This document shows, one piece after another, positions 47,622 to 64,000 of a stretch of 64,000 bases of DNA (positions within the stretch are counted from its first letter, which is position 1; each line of letters starts with the position of its first letter). The stretch is from the human T2T-CHM13v2.0 reference genome, Homo sapiens. The notes beneath the pieces are model-generated. The model made no database searches. It was given only the letters and a program-made list of their open reading frames with translations, and was not told the DNA's origin. A program made the translations under genes and the position numbers. Location of the stretch: the NCBI RefSeq assembly GCF_009914755.1, contig NC_060938.1; one strand, given 5' to 3'.

Positions 47622-50600
47622 CCATCGTAGGGCAAGATTTACAAGTGCGGGTGACTGTTGAAGTTAGAATTTAACTAACACCTGGGCTAAATATTAACTC
47701 AAGGCTATGGATTCACAAGCCTTTTTAAATTGACCCAAAATAAATATTAAGGAATAATTTTAAGAACTTGTAATGTGTTTAGCATCTTTTCCTGTTTTAT
47801 TTAAAAAATTTAAATTGGGCATAGTGATAAGAGCACTGAGAAAAATGCCACAGCTAGTTGAATTTGAGGTGTTTTTTAAAACTTAGATAAAACAGTACCG
47901 TGAAGTACGGAAACCAGGGTGCAACTCAGTACCTGTCCTCCTTTCTCCGACAAAACAAAAGGAAATAAATCCGCTCGGCACAGATTATCTCAATACAGTA
48001 TTTATTTTCACTAGGTTCACCAGACAATAATCATAAAGAAAATGTGCCAACAGCTTTGAAAAATTATTTTAAACACTTGTCCTCATCCTTCTCCTCTTGT
48101 GAGTTGCATTGTTCTCTTCTTTCCTAACTAAAGTCAGGAGACCAGGTTCACGTGTGTGGAGGTAGAGGTGATAGTGATTGCATCGCAGGCACGGAAATAC
48201 TCTATGTAATAAGCACGAAATCCAGGCATGTTCCAACTGAGTAGCAGAGCAGTGACTTGGTGTGCCTGCCCTTTCTTTTCTCAAACCGTGTCATTCTGCT
48301 TTCCCTGTCATCCACCCACAGTCAGCTCTAAGGCCTAGAACCTAGTCCAGCCAAGTGAAGGACTTTGGAAAAGTCTCTGCTGGCCATGTGTCTTAACACT
48401 TCTGGGCATTTGTCTTCCTTCCTTTTTTTTTTTGTTTTTTGTTTTTTGTTTTTTGAGATACAGCCTTTTATTTTCAGGAAGATGGTAAAAAACCAACCAC
48501 TGTTTCTCATTCACATCGGAGGAGATGAAGGAAAGAATTATCTCCTCCAAAAACTTGTCTTTTCAGCTACATCACCATTTCTGTCACTAACAATGTTCCC
48601 TCTGAGTTCCTCTGATTATAAATCATAGAGTAAAATCTGGTATATTTTCCTTTCTTTTTCATCTTATTGATAATCAAGTTCTATCAGTTTAAACTATGTA
48701 ACTTTTAAATTGTTTTATTTTATTATGTACCTCTGTTCTCTTCCTCACTGAAAACTCCCCTAATGGCTTTCATTTTCTCTCACCTGGATGATGCACCTGA
48801 GTTCCAGCCATACTCACTGACATCATTCTCCCTTTAACCTGAATCACATATCATGGCCATATTAATTTTCCTTAAACACTGCTTTCATATGCCTATTGAA
48901 AATTTTCAATGGCTACACTTTTCACAGAATAAAAAAAATTAGAACTTATTCTACTCACAAAATAGGAACTGTGCTGACAGTTCTACTCTGTTGGGGAAGT
49001 ACCAGGGAAGAAACTTCTGCCTTCTACAGAAGAGCCAGTGATTATCTGTTTGATTAAAACTGGGGAAAGTTTGCTGCTTAGTTAAGCCCCAACTTCTTTT
49101 TTCAGTTTTGTCTTTACTGAGTACGTCTTATATTTAAGGGTTGTTCTGGGTGCTGCTGCATGGACCAAATAGCCACTTCCGTTTTACTTTCCAGATTTCA
49201 CATTAACACAATCATGTCTTCCTAAGGGTTCCTCTACCCTTTCTCCAACTGCCCTTGCTTCTTTCACTTAGCCATAACTCTGGCATCCTTCCCAATTTCA
49301 TTCACATTTCGTCTTGGATCACACTTCTCCAACCAGATCTGTCCTCATTAATCTTCATTTCTCTAAGAATCTATTGAACACTCACAATCTTGCCTTATAA
49401 ACAGATTGTAAACATGCTGAGGCTGGAGATGATCATGTGATTCTGTGTATAGGTATATAGTGCTGGACTTGCCACCACTAGCACTAGTTAATTATTTATT
49501 GGTTGATAGATATGTCTTGCCTGTCTGTTGTGAGATTCAAAATGGAGACACAGGATAAAAGCACTTTCTACATTGTAGGATGTTTTACATATAGTATTGT
49601 TTCTTATTGATTGCTTGGTTGAGGCGAAGGAGGGAAATTAGTTTTATACCCTTAATGCGAAAAGGGCTTAGAGCTGCTAGAGCTTTTGCCTTTAGCCAGC
49701 AATGAGTAGCTGACGTGCTCTGAGAATTCTCATAGGACCTGACTTCCTGGGGAAGTTCCAAGTCTCCAAAGTGGTTCAGAATATGCTGTGGGAAAGTCAG
49801 ATTTATTTTATCAGCCTGCTATATTACATGAGATTAATTAGAAAAAAGGTTGTGAATTCTCCATGGCCTATCCAGTCTGTGCATACACTCCTCAAGGTTA
49901 CCTGCCAGCATTCCCAGTTAAGGTTATGTACTTGTACAAAATGTTAATATTATTTATTAATTCTTAGACTGCTTCAATATTTGCTCAGCTGTCTTTATTC
50001 CATCTGTCCATATCAGCATTCTGGGTCATTGTCAGAGATTTCCAAGTTGCAGAAAACCTGTTTGCTCTGCATTGCAGCACAGCATAGCACTCAACAGAGG
50101 TAGGTAATAAACACCTTTTAATGCAGATGACACTGATGTAACCTCATGCCATTGAAATGAATCAAGCAATTAACAAATGCTGAGAACCTGAACGTGTTGA
50201 GGACATAAATCCAGCTTGCTTTTCACTTAAGGATGGTGAGACAACCTCCAGAGACTTTTCCTGAGAATGGGGCAATTGTCACCAACTCTAGTGGGATATA
50301 TCCTTTCCTGTGCTTTTCTTTGCGTTCCATTTGAATTGGTAATAGGCAAGACTGTCAGCATTTGTATTAAGGTATTTGCCAGGGCAGGATTAGGGAGAAG
50401 CAAGAAGCAGAATATTTTTCCCTTCAGGGCTTAGAAAAGAATGTACTTTCTTTCCTATAGATGAGGTAAATTAAAGTTTTCATGCATAAATGAAAATATA
50501 AACTCTTGCATTATATAGTGAGATAGAACCTGGCATCTTCTTATTTATATTCTGAGCTCTTGGAGTAAATGAACAATGGACTTATACCTCATCTTATCCC

Positions 50601-51352
50601 TCCTAACTTCAGGACAGCATATGGCAGGTGATCAAAGTGATCAAATTAATAAGTTTTGGGTGTTCATGCCAGTTTCCATGATTATAATTAAGAGCATTAA
50701 GTTTGGATTGCAGATCATAGATTGTGGAGGAGTATGTTTGATCTACCTAATGTTTGAAGCTGATAGAAGATGAAAGGGGGGAGGGAGCCTCAGGCTGTTT
50801 ACCAAGTTTCATCGTGAGGTGACATTTGCTCTGGACATGTGTGTTCTCTGAGCAGTGTTGACTCATACCAGATAAAGGAAAGGCCAGGATATGTTTTTAC
50901 CCTAAATAACTGGACAGGCATCCTTGGGTCCAATATTTTCATAAATTTGTTAACTGCTAGTTCCAGGGAGAGACTGGATTATAACTAAATTTAAATAAGA
51001 ACTCGATGAAGTGAACTTTATAAGGTAGAGATAAACAGCTTAGAGCTCCCATTAAATTCAGTTAACCCTTGAGTAGATAGCAATGTATTTAATTAGTGAA
51101 TGTTGCATTAGGAACATTATTTTCACAGGTCCTTCCTTCCTTCCACAAATATACAGGAACATTCCTGTAGTTGAGCACATTGGCTTTATTACTCATTGCA
51201 GTGTGGAAAAAAAATACACCATAAGGTATCTCCGTAGGAGGGTATTAGAAAGAACCTATCTTAGAATTTGGGCTTTGATTGGGTGATTTGTCAGAGACTA
51301 AGGAAGTTGGGTTTGCTCTAGATTGGATGCTGTTAGAAGTGCCCCTGCCTTC

Positions 51353-52415
51353 TATCGGGGGAACCAGCCCCCAATATTTCAACATAGGTTCTTTTTTATT
51401 TTCCCTAAGTGTTGGCTGGTCTGAAAAAGAGAAAGAGTACAAAGAGAGGAATTTTACAGCTGGGCCTCTTGGGGGTGACATCACATATTGGTAGGACCAT
51501 GATGATGACCCCGAGCTGCAAAACCAGCAAGTTTTTATTAGGGATTTTAAAAGGGGAGGGGGTGTATGAACAGGGAGTAAGTCACAAGGATCACATGCTT
51601 CGAAGGGCAATAAAGATCACAAGGCGAAGGCAAAATTAGAATTACTGATGAGGGTCTATGTCCCACTGTGCACGTATTGTCTTGATAAACATCTTAACAG
51701 GAAACAGGGTTCGAGAGCAGAAAACCAGTCTGACTAGAATTTACCATGCTGGAATTTCCCACTCCTAGTAAGCCTGAGGGTACTGCAGGAGACCAGGGTG
51801 TATTTCAGTCCTTATCTCAACCACATAAGATAGACACTCCCAGAGCAGCCGTTTATAGACCTCCTCCCAGGAATGCATTCTTTCCCAGGGTATCAATTAT
51901 TAATATTCCTTGCTGGGAAAAGAATTCAGCGATATCTCTCCTACTCACATGTCCGTTTATAGGCTCTCTGCAAGAAGAAAAATATGGCTCTATTCTGCCC
52001 AACCCCGCAGGCAGTCAGACCTTATGGTTATCTTCCCTTGTTCCCTGAAAATCACTGTTATTCTGTTCTTTTTCAGGGTGCACTGATTTCATATTGTTCA
52101 AACACATGTTTTACAATCAATTTGTACAATAATGGTCCTGAGGTTACAGACATTCTCAGCTTACGAAGATAACGTGATTAAGAGATTAAAGTAAAGACAG
52201 ACATAAGAAATTGTAAGAGTATTATTAGGGAAGTGATAAATGTCCATGAAATCTTCACAATTTATATTCAGAGATGGCAGTAAAGACAGGCATAAGAAAT
52301 TATAAAAGTATTAATTTTGGGAACTGATAAATGTCCATGAAATCTTCACAATTTATGTTCTTCTGCCTCGGCTCCAGCTTGTCCCTCTGTTCAGGGTCCC
52401 TGGCTTCCTGCAACA
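51353..52415 (-). mobile_element. MER11-family (HML-8) solo LTR
   Basis: Minus strand starts TGTTGCAGGAAGCCAGGGACCC; ~1.06 kb; internal ~89-bp repeat. Confidence 0.85.
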
Positions 52416-52442
52416 CCATGATTTGATAGAAATAAATCAATA

Positions 52443-52625
52443 ATTAGCAAGGCATGGTGGTGCACGCCTGTAGTCCCAGCTACTCAGGAGGCTGAGGCAT
52501 GAGAATCGCTTGAACCCGGGAAGCAGAGGTTGCTGTGAGCCAAGATGGCACCACTACAGTCCAGGCTGGGTGACAGAGTGAGACTCTGTCACAAAACAAC
52601 AAAAACAACAAAACAGAAAAACAGA
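52443..52625 (+). mobile_element. Alu right arm (5'-truncated)
   Basis: aattagc...ctctgtcacaaaacaac tail. Confidence 0.85.
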
Positions 52626-55600
52626 AATAAATCTTAAGGAGAGTAGACAAGAATGAGGATAAAGCTGTAAGTAGAAAAGAAGTAGCATTCACTCATTTTG
52701 GCCAAGACAGGAGGTGTTTGGTGTTTTGTGGGTGGCACAGGGACCTTGTTTGGGTCTGTGCTTAAAGTTATAAAATGACTTTGACTTGTCTCATTGTATC
52801 CTGGTCTCAAGTAACCTGTCTAGAGTTGGTTTTCTGTGGGATTGCTTATGTCTAATCAGAAAATAATATGCCCTAGTTCTGAGTGCCAGGTCAACTCTGC
52901 TTGTTAGAGACTGCCCTTTATTTTCTTTCTGAGCACGTGCTGTGTGACACACCTGGTTCTTGATGAGGGCTCGAGCAATGAATAAAAAACAAAAAACCAT
53001 GGAGTTTACCTTCTAAATAGAGTGAAAAACAGACAAAAATAAATAAGTAAATTATAAAATTAGGAAGTGATAAATGCTATGGAAAAAAAGATAATGCAGG
53101 GAAGAAGAATAAGAATCTTGGAGCAAGGGCATTAAAATTTAAAATGAGGAGGTCGGGGCAGGATTTCCTGTAAAGTTTACATTTGAGCAAAGACTTAAGA
53201 AGATGACAGAACCAGCCATGAAGATATGGGAGAGAAGAGCTGTCCAGGAATAGGGAGCATGCTGTGTAAAATTTCCAAGGCAAGAGCATGTCTGTTGTTT
53301 TCTAAAAACACGAAGGGGTTCTATGGTTGCAGAAGAAGGTGGGAGGGGTGGAGGAGGTAGGAAGCTGTGAGGTCTGAGCAGTGATTGAAGCCAGATGGTC
53401 TGAGGATTTTAGGCTGATATAAAGGGGAAGGTGAAATGCTACTTTTGATGACTTTGAAACAGGCTATCTCCAGGTGTGACCTGTGTAATGGCCTGGAGAT
53501 CCTCTCCTGCATGGGAATGACCAAATTAATTACACAAACTTTTAAATTCATTGTTTGGATATAATGCTGAAATAACCAATGAAAACCATTGTACTCAAAG
53601 GTTTATTCAGAGGAAATTCATATGCCGGTTAGAAATGGAGATAGATGGGTGTGGCTGGCAAGATGGCTGAATAGGAACAGCTCTGGTCTGCAGCTCCCAG
53701 CGAGATCAATGCAGAAGATGGGTGATTTCTGCATTTCCAATTGAGGTACCTGGCTCATCTCACTGGGACTGGTTAGAGAGTGGGTGCAGCCTAGAGAGGG
53801 TAAGCCAAAGCAGACTGGGGTGTCACCTCACCTGGGAAGCGCAAGGGTTGGGGAACTCCTTCCCCTAACCAAGGGAAGCCACGAGGGACTGTGCTGTGAG
53901 GAATGGTGCACTCTGGCCCAGATACTATGCTTTTCCCACAGTCTTTGCAACCTGCAGAACAGGAGATTCCCTTGGGTGCCTACACCACCAGGGCCCTGGA
54001 GTTCAAGCACTAAACTGGGTGGCCGTTTGGGCAGATACTGAGCTAGCTGCTTACTCTCCTTAAGATTTATTTCTGTTTTTCTGGGGTTTTTTTTGTTGTT
54101 GTTTCGTGACAGAGTCTCACTCTGTCACCCAGGCTGGAGTGCAGTGGTGCCATCTCAGCTCACGGAAACCTCTGCTTCCCGGGTTCAAGCAATTCTCATG
54201 CCTCAGCCTGCAGGAGTTTTTTTTCATACCCCAGTGGCTCCTGGAACACCAACAAGACAGAACCATTCACATCCCTGGAGAGGGGGCTGAAGCCAAGGAA
54301 CCAAGTGGTCTAGCTCAGTGGATCCCACCCCCACAGCGCCCAGCAAGCAAAGATCCACTGGCTTTAAATTCTTGCTGCCAGCACAGCAGTCTGAAGTTGA
54401 CCTGGGATGCTTGAGCTTGGTAGGGGGAGGGGCATCCGCCATTACTGACCCTTGAGTAGGCAGTTTTCCCCTCACAGTGTAAACAAAGCCACAGGGAAAT
54501 TTGAACTGGATGGAGCCCACTGCAACTCGGCAAAGCCACTGTGGCCAGACTGCCTCTCTAGATTCCTACTCTCCAGGCAGGGCATCTCTGAAGGGAAGGC
54601 AGCAGCCCCAGTCACTGGCTTATAGATAAAATTCTCATCTCCCTGGGACAGAGCACCTGGGGGAAGGGGCGGCTGTGGGCGCAGCTTCAGCAGACTTAAG
54701 TGTTCCTGCCTGCTGGCTCTGTATAGAGCAGCAGATCTCCCAGCACAGTGCTCGAGCTCTGCTAAGGGACAGACTGACTCCTCAAGTGGGTCCCTGACTC
54801 CCTTGCCTCCTGACTAGGAGACACCTCATACAGGAGAGGTCTGGCTGGCATCTGGCCAGTGCCCCTCGGGGACAAAGCTTCCAGAGGAAGGAACAGGCAG
54901 CAATCTTTGCTGTTCTGCAGCATCTACTGGTGATACCCAGGAAAACAAGGTCCGGAGTGGACCTCCAGCCAACTCCAGCAGAACTGCAGTAGAGGGGTCT
55001 GACTGTTAGAAGGAAAACTAACAAACAGAAAGGAATAGCATCAACATCAACAAAAAGGACGTCCACTCAGAGACCCCATCTGAAGGTCACCAACATCAAA
55101 GACCAAAGGTAGATAAATCCATGAAGATGAAGAAAAACCAGCACAAAAAGGCTGAAAATTCCAAAAGCCAGAATGCCTCTTCTCCGCCAAAGGATCACAA
55201 CTCCTCACCAGCAAGGGAACAAAACTGGATGGAGAATGAGTTTGACGAATTGACAGGTAGGCTTCAGAAGGTGGGTAATAACAAAATCCTCTGAGCTAAA
55301 GGAGCATGTTCTAACCCAATGCAAGGAAGCTAAGAACCTTGAAAAAAGGTTAGGGGAATTGCTAACTAGAATGACCAGTTTAGAGAAAAACATAAATGAC
55401 CTGATGGAACTGAAAAACACAGCATGAGAATTTCGTTAAGCATGCGCAAGTGTCAATAGCCAAATCGATCAAGTGGAAGAAAGGATATCAGAGATTGAAG
55501 ATCAACTTAATGAAATAAAGTGTGAAGACAAGATTAGAGAAAAAAGAATGAAAAGGAATTAATGAAGCCACCAAGAAATATGGGACTATGTGATGGGAAG

Positions 55601-56344
55601 AATGGAACCAAGTTGGAAAACACTCTTCATGATATTATCCAGGAGAACTTCCCCAACCTAGCAAGAAAGGCCAACATTCAAATTCAGGAAATACAGAGAA
55701 GACCACAAAGTACTCCTTGAGAAGAGCAACCCCAAGACATATAATTGTCAGTTTCACCAAGGTTGAAATGAAGGAAAAAAATGTTAAGGGCAGCCAGAGA
55801 AAAAGGTCGGGTTACCCACATAGGGAGGCCCATCAGACTAACAGTGGATCTCTCTGCAGAAACCCTGCAAGCCATAAGAGAGCAGGGGCCAATATTCAAC
55901 ATTCTTAATGAAAAAAATTTTCAACTCAGAATTTCATATCCAGCCAAATTGAGTTTCATAAGTGAAGGAGAAATAAAATCCTTTACAGACAAGCAAATGC
56001 TGAGAGATTTTGTCACCACCAGGCCTGCCTTACAAGAGCTCCTGAAAGAAGCCTAAATGTGGAAAGGAAAAACCGGTACCAGCCACTGCAAAAGCACAGC
56101 AAATTGTAAAGGCCATTGACACTATGAAGAAACTGCATCAACTAACAGGCAAAATAACCACCTAGCATCATAATGACAGGATCAAATTCAAACATAACAA
56201 TATTAGCATTAAATGTAAATGGGCTAAATGCCTCAATTAAAAGACACAGATTGGCAAATTGGATAAAGGGTCAAGAACCATCCATGTGCTGTATTCAGGA
56301 GACCCATCTCACATTCAAAGACACACATAGGCTCAAAATAAAAG

Positions 56345-60217
<3,873 letters not shown>

Positions 60218-61056
60218 GAAATTGAGGCAATAATTTATAGCCCACCAACCAAAAAAAGCCCAGGACCAGACGGATTCACAGCCGAATTCTACCAGAGGTA
60301 CAAAGAGGAGCTGGCACCATTCCTTCTGAAACTATTCCAAACAATAGAAAAAGACGGACTCCTTCCTAACTCATTTTATGAGGACAGTGTCATCCTGATA
60401 CCAAAACCTGGCAAAGACACAACAACAACAAAAAGAAAATTTCAGTCCAATATCCCTGATGAACATCCATGCGAAAATCCTCAATAAAATACTGGCAAAC
60501 CAAATCCAGCAGCACATCAAAAAGCTTATCCACCACGATCAAGTCAGCTTCATCCCTGGGATGCAAGGCTGGTTCAATATATGCAAATCAATAAACATAA
60601 TCCATCACATAAACAGAACCAATGACAAAATCCACATGATTATCTCAATAGATGCAGAAAAGGCCTTCGATAAAATTCAACACTTCTTCATGCTGAAAAC
60701 TCTAAATAAACTAGGTATTGATGGAATATAATAAGAGGTATTTATGATAAACCCACAGCCAATATCATACTGAATGGGCAAAAGCTGGAAGCATTCCCTT
60801 TGAAACTGGCACAAGACAAGAATGCCCTCTCTTACCACTCCTATTCAACACAGTATTGAAAGTTCTGGCCAGGGCAATCAGGCAAGAGAAAGAAATAAAG
60901 GGTATTCAAATAGCAAGAGAGGAAGTCAAATTGTCTCTGTTTACAGATGACATGATTGTATATTTAGAAAACTCCACCGTCTCAGCCCCAAAGATCCTTA
61001 AGCTGATAAGCAACTTCAATAGAGTCTCAGGATACAAAATCAATGTGCAAAAATCA

Positions 61057-61360
61057 GCCGGGTGTGGTGGCTCACGCCTGTAATCCCAGCACTTTGGGAG
61101 GCCAAGGTCAGTGGATCTCGAGGTCAGGAGATCAAGACCACCCTGGCTAACACCGTGAAACCCCATCTCTACTAAAAATACAAAAAATTAGCCAGGCCTG
61201 ATGGTGGGCACCTGTAGTCCCAGCTACTCGGGGAGGCTGAGGCAGGAGAATGGCGTGAACCCAGGAGGCGGAGCTTGCAGTGAGCCGAGATCACAGCACT
61301 GCACTCCAACCTGGGCGACAGAGTGAGACTCTGTCTCAAAAAAAAAAAAAAAAAAAAAAA
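61057..61360 (+). mobile_element. AluY/Sc-type SINE inserted in host L1 ORF2
   Basis: TSD aaaatcaatgtgcaaaaatca. Confidence 0.93.
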
Positions 61361-63160
61361 AATCAATGTGCAAAAATCACAAGCATTCCTATACACAAAT
61401 AATAGACAAACAGACAGCAATCACAATTGCTATAAAGAGAATAAGATACCCAGGAATACAACTTACAAGGGATATAAAGGACCTCTTCAAGGAGAACTAC
61501 AAACCATTGCTCAAGGAAATAAGAGAGGACACAACAAATGGAAAAACATTACATGCTTATGGATAGGAAGTATCAATATTGTGAAAATGGCCATACTGCC
61601 CAAAGTAATTTATAACTTATACCTACCATTGACTTTCTTCACAGAATTAGAAAAAACTACTTTAAATTTCATATGGAATCAAAAAAGAGCCTGAATGGCC
61701 AAGACAATCCTAAGCAAAAGGAACAAAGCTGGAGGCATCACACTACCTGACTTCAAACTATACTACAAGGCTGCAGTAACCAAAAAGCATGGTGCTGGTA
61801 CCAAAACAGATATATAGACCAATGGAACAGAACAGAGGCCTCAGAAATAATGCCACACATCTACAACCACCTGATCTTTGACAAACCTGACAAAAACAAA
61901 CAATGGGGAACGGATTCCCTATTTAATAAATGGTGTTGGGAAAACTGGCTAGCCATATGCAGAAAACTGAAACTGGACCCCTTCCTTACACCTTATACAA
62001 AAAGTAAATCAAGATGGATTAAAGACTTAAACATATGACCTAAAACCATAAAAACCCTAGAAGAAAACCCAGGCAATACCATTCAGGACATAGGCATGGG
62101 CAAAGACTTCCTGACTAAAACACCGAAAGCAATGGCAACAAAAGCCAAAATTGACAAATGGGATCTAATTAAACTAAAGAGCTTCTGCACAGCAAAAGAA
62201 ACTACCATCAGAGTGAACAGGCAACCTACAGAATGGGAGAAAATTTTTACAATCTATCCATCTGGCAAAGGGCTAATATCCAGAATCTACAAGGAACTTA
62301 AACAAATTTACAAGAAAAAAACAAACAACCCCATCAAAAAGTGGGTGAAGGATATGAACAGACACTTCTTAAAAGAAGACATTTATACAGCCAACAGACA
62401 CATGAAAAAATGCTCATCATCACTGGCCGTCAGAGAAATGCAAATCAAAACCACAATGAGATACCATCTCACACCAGTTAGAATGACGATCATTAAAAAG
62501 TCAGGAAACAACAGATGCTGGAGAGGATGTGGAGAATTAGGAACGCTTTTACACTGTTGGTGGGAGTGTAAATCAGTTCAACCATTGTGGAAGACAGTGT
62601 GGTGATTCCTCAAGGATCTAGAACCAGAAATACCATTTGACCCAACCATCCCATTACTGGGTATATACCCAAAGGATTATAAATCATTCTACTATAAACA
62701 CACATGCACACGTATGTTTATTGTAGCACCATTCACAATAGCAAAGACTTGGAACCAACCCAAATGCCCATCAATGATAGACTGGATAAAGAAAATGTGG
62801 CATATATACATCATGGAATACTATGCAACCATAAAAAGCATGAGTTCATGTCCTTTGCAGGGACATGGATGAAGCTGGAAACCATCATTCTCAGCAAACT
62901 AATACAGGAACAGAAAACCAAACACCGCATGTTCTCACTCATAAGTGGGAGTTGAACAATAAGAACACTTGGACACAAGGAGGGGAACATCACACACTGG
63001 GGTCTGTTGTAGGGTGCAGGGCTAGGGGAGGGATAGCATTAGGAGAAATATCTAATATAGATGACAAGTTGATGGGTGCAGCAAACCACAATGGCACGTG
63101 TATAGCTATGTAACAAACCTGCACGTTCTGCACATGTATCCCAGAACTTAAAGTATAATT

Positions 63161-63219
63161 ACATACATATATATATATGTGTATATATGTATACACATAT
63201 ATATATATGTATGTATGTA
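63161..63219. repeat. (TA)n/(TATG)n microsatellite in the L1 tail
   Basis: Directly visible. Confidence 0.9.
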
Positions 63220-63539
63220 GTGGAGTTTCTTAAAAAATTAAAAAAGAAATGGAGATAGATAAGTGCAAAATAGCTGTTAAGAAAAAGATCTTCAAACAAG
63301 GGAAATAATATTACCGTAAATGCAAATTAATTGAGAGTAAGTTTAGAAAACATTCATGATGCAAAACAAGGCTTTTGGACCATTTCCTATTCTCCCAGCT
63401 ATGCCATGTTGACATAACATAAATGTTAACCTAAGGGCTGCAGTTGGCAAAATATATGTGATATATAAAGATATATTTTATGTAAATACATGAAAAATAT
63501 TTTCACAGGCACACACATATGTGATTAAAATAAACAGCC

Positions 63540-64000
63540 TAACAGTTGAGAGTAGGTTGCAGACATGATGCTTTTCCCCCCAATTATGTTAGTGTACATT
63601 TCCTGAAAACAAGCAATTCTCGTACACAACTGCAGGACTGTTGTCAAAGTCAGGCACTTAATGCTGATCCAATACTGTTGTCTAATCTACAGACTTTATT
63701 CAGATTGCACCAACTTGCCATAATGATGTCCTTCCTAATAAAAGAAAATCCAAGATCATGAAGTGTGTCCAGTTTGTCACATCTCATTAGTTTTCTTTCA
63801 CCTGGAACAGTTCTTGAGGGGAGTATGTGTGTGAGAAAGAGAGTGTGTGTCTGTGTATGTTTTCCTGAGTCTCATGACACGGCATTTTGAAAGTGCATAA
63901 GCCAGTAATTTTGTAAAATGTGCCAATTTCAGTTTGTGTCATGATTAGATTCAGGTTATGCACTTTTGGTAAGAACACCACAAAAACGATTCTGAATTCT
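63540..64000 (-). mobile_element. Old L1M (L1MC/ME) 3' fragment
   Basis: catgattagattcaggttatgcacttttggtaagaacacca motif. Confidence 0.5.

Larger units (their letters stand above)
46950..47650 (-). promoter_or_regulatory. SEL1L CpG-island promoter and 5'UTR with GC boxes and several CCAAT boxes
   Basis: Sharp rise in GC and CpG content around exon 1; CCGCCC boxes; CCAAT/ATTGG near 47328, 47359, 47414-47423 and 47490. Confidence 0.9.

Noticed and set aside
52192-52355. ~89-bp-period direct repeat
   Set aside because: Appears to be an intrinsic internal repeat of MER11 LTRs
55585-55600. ~40-bp deletion in L1 ORF1 at a gtga microhomology
   Set aside because: Routine decay of a dead element

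Overview
Primate (apparently human) genomic DNA carrying the 5' three-quarters of SEL1L, the ERAD adaptor of the HRD1 complex, on the minus strand. I traced coding exons 1-16 base by base: ATG at 47178, all introns GT-AG, frame continuous, residues 1-544. A CpG-island promoter at ~46.95-47.65 kb carries CCAAT, ERSE-like and ZNF143 motifs. The rest is mostly transposon-derived: about 20 Alus, MaLR/ERVL/ERV1/ERVK LTRs, Tigger/MER2 DNA transposons, L1MC/L2/MIR relics and a 9.6-kb composite L1 upstream of the gene. I see no new gene or previously undescribed biological system. The most unusual signals are structural: (i) a chimeric L1, with a young L1 fused by homology into an older full-length L1; (ii) an inverted, locally templated copy of an Alu plus its unique flank inside the L1 5'UTR; (iii) a HERV9/LTR12 provirus nested in a two-LTR ERVL element, with pol-env-3'LTR deleted at a microhomology; (iv) an unidentified ~580-bp insert in an L1MC4; (v) intron read-through/polyadenylation sites predicting soluble SEL1L isoforms. 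Repeat subfamily names come from my recall of consensus sequences and need RepeatMasker/Dfam confirmation.
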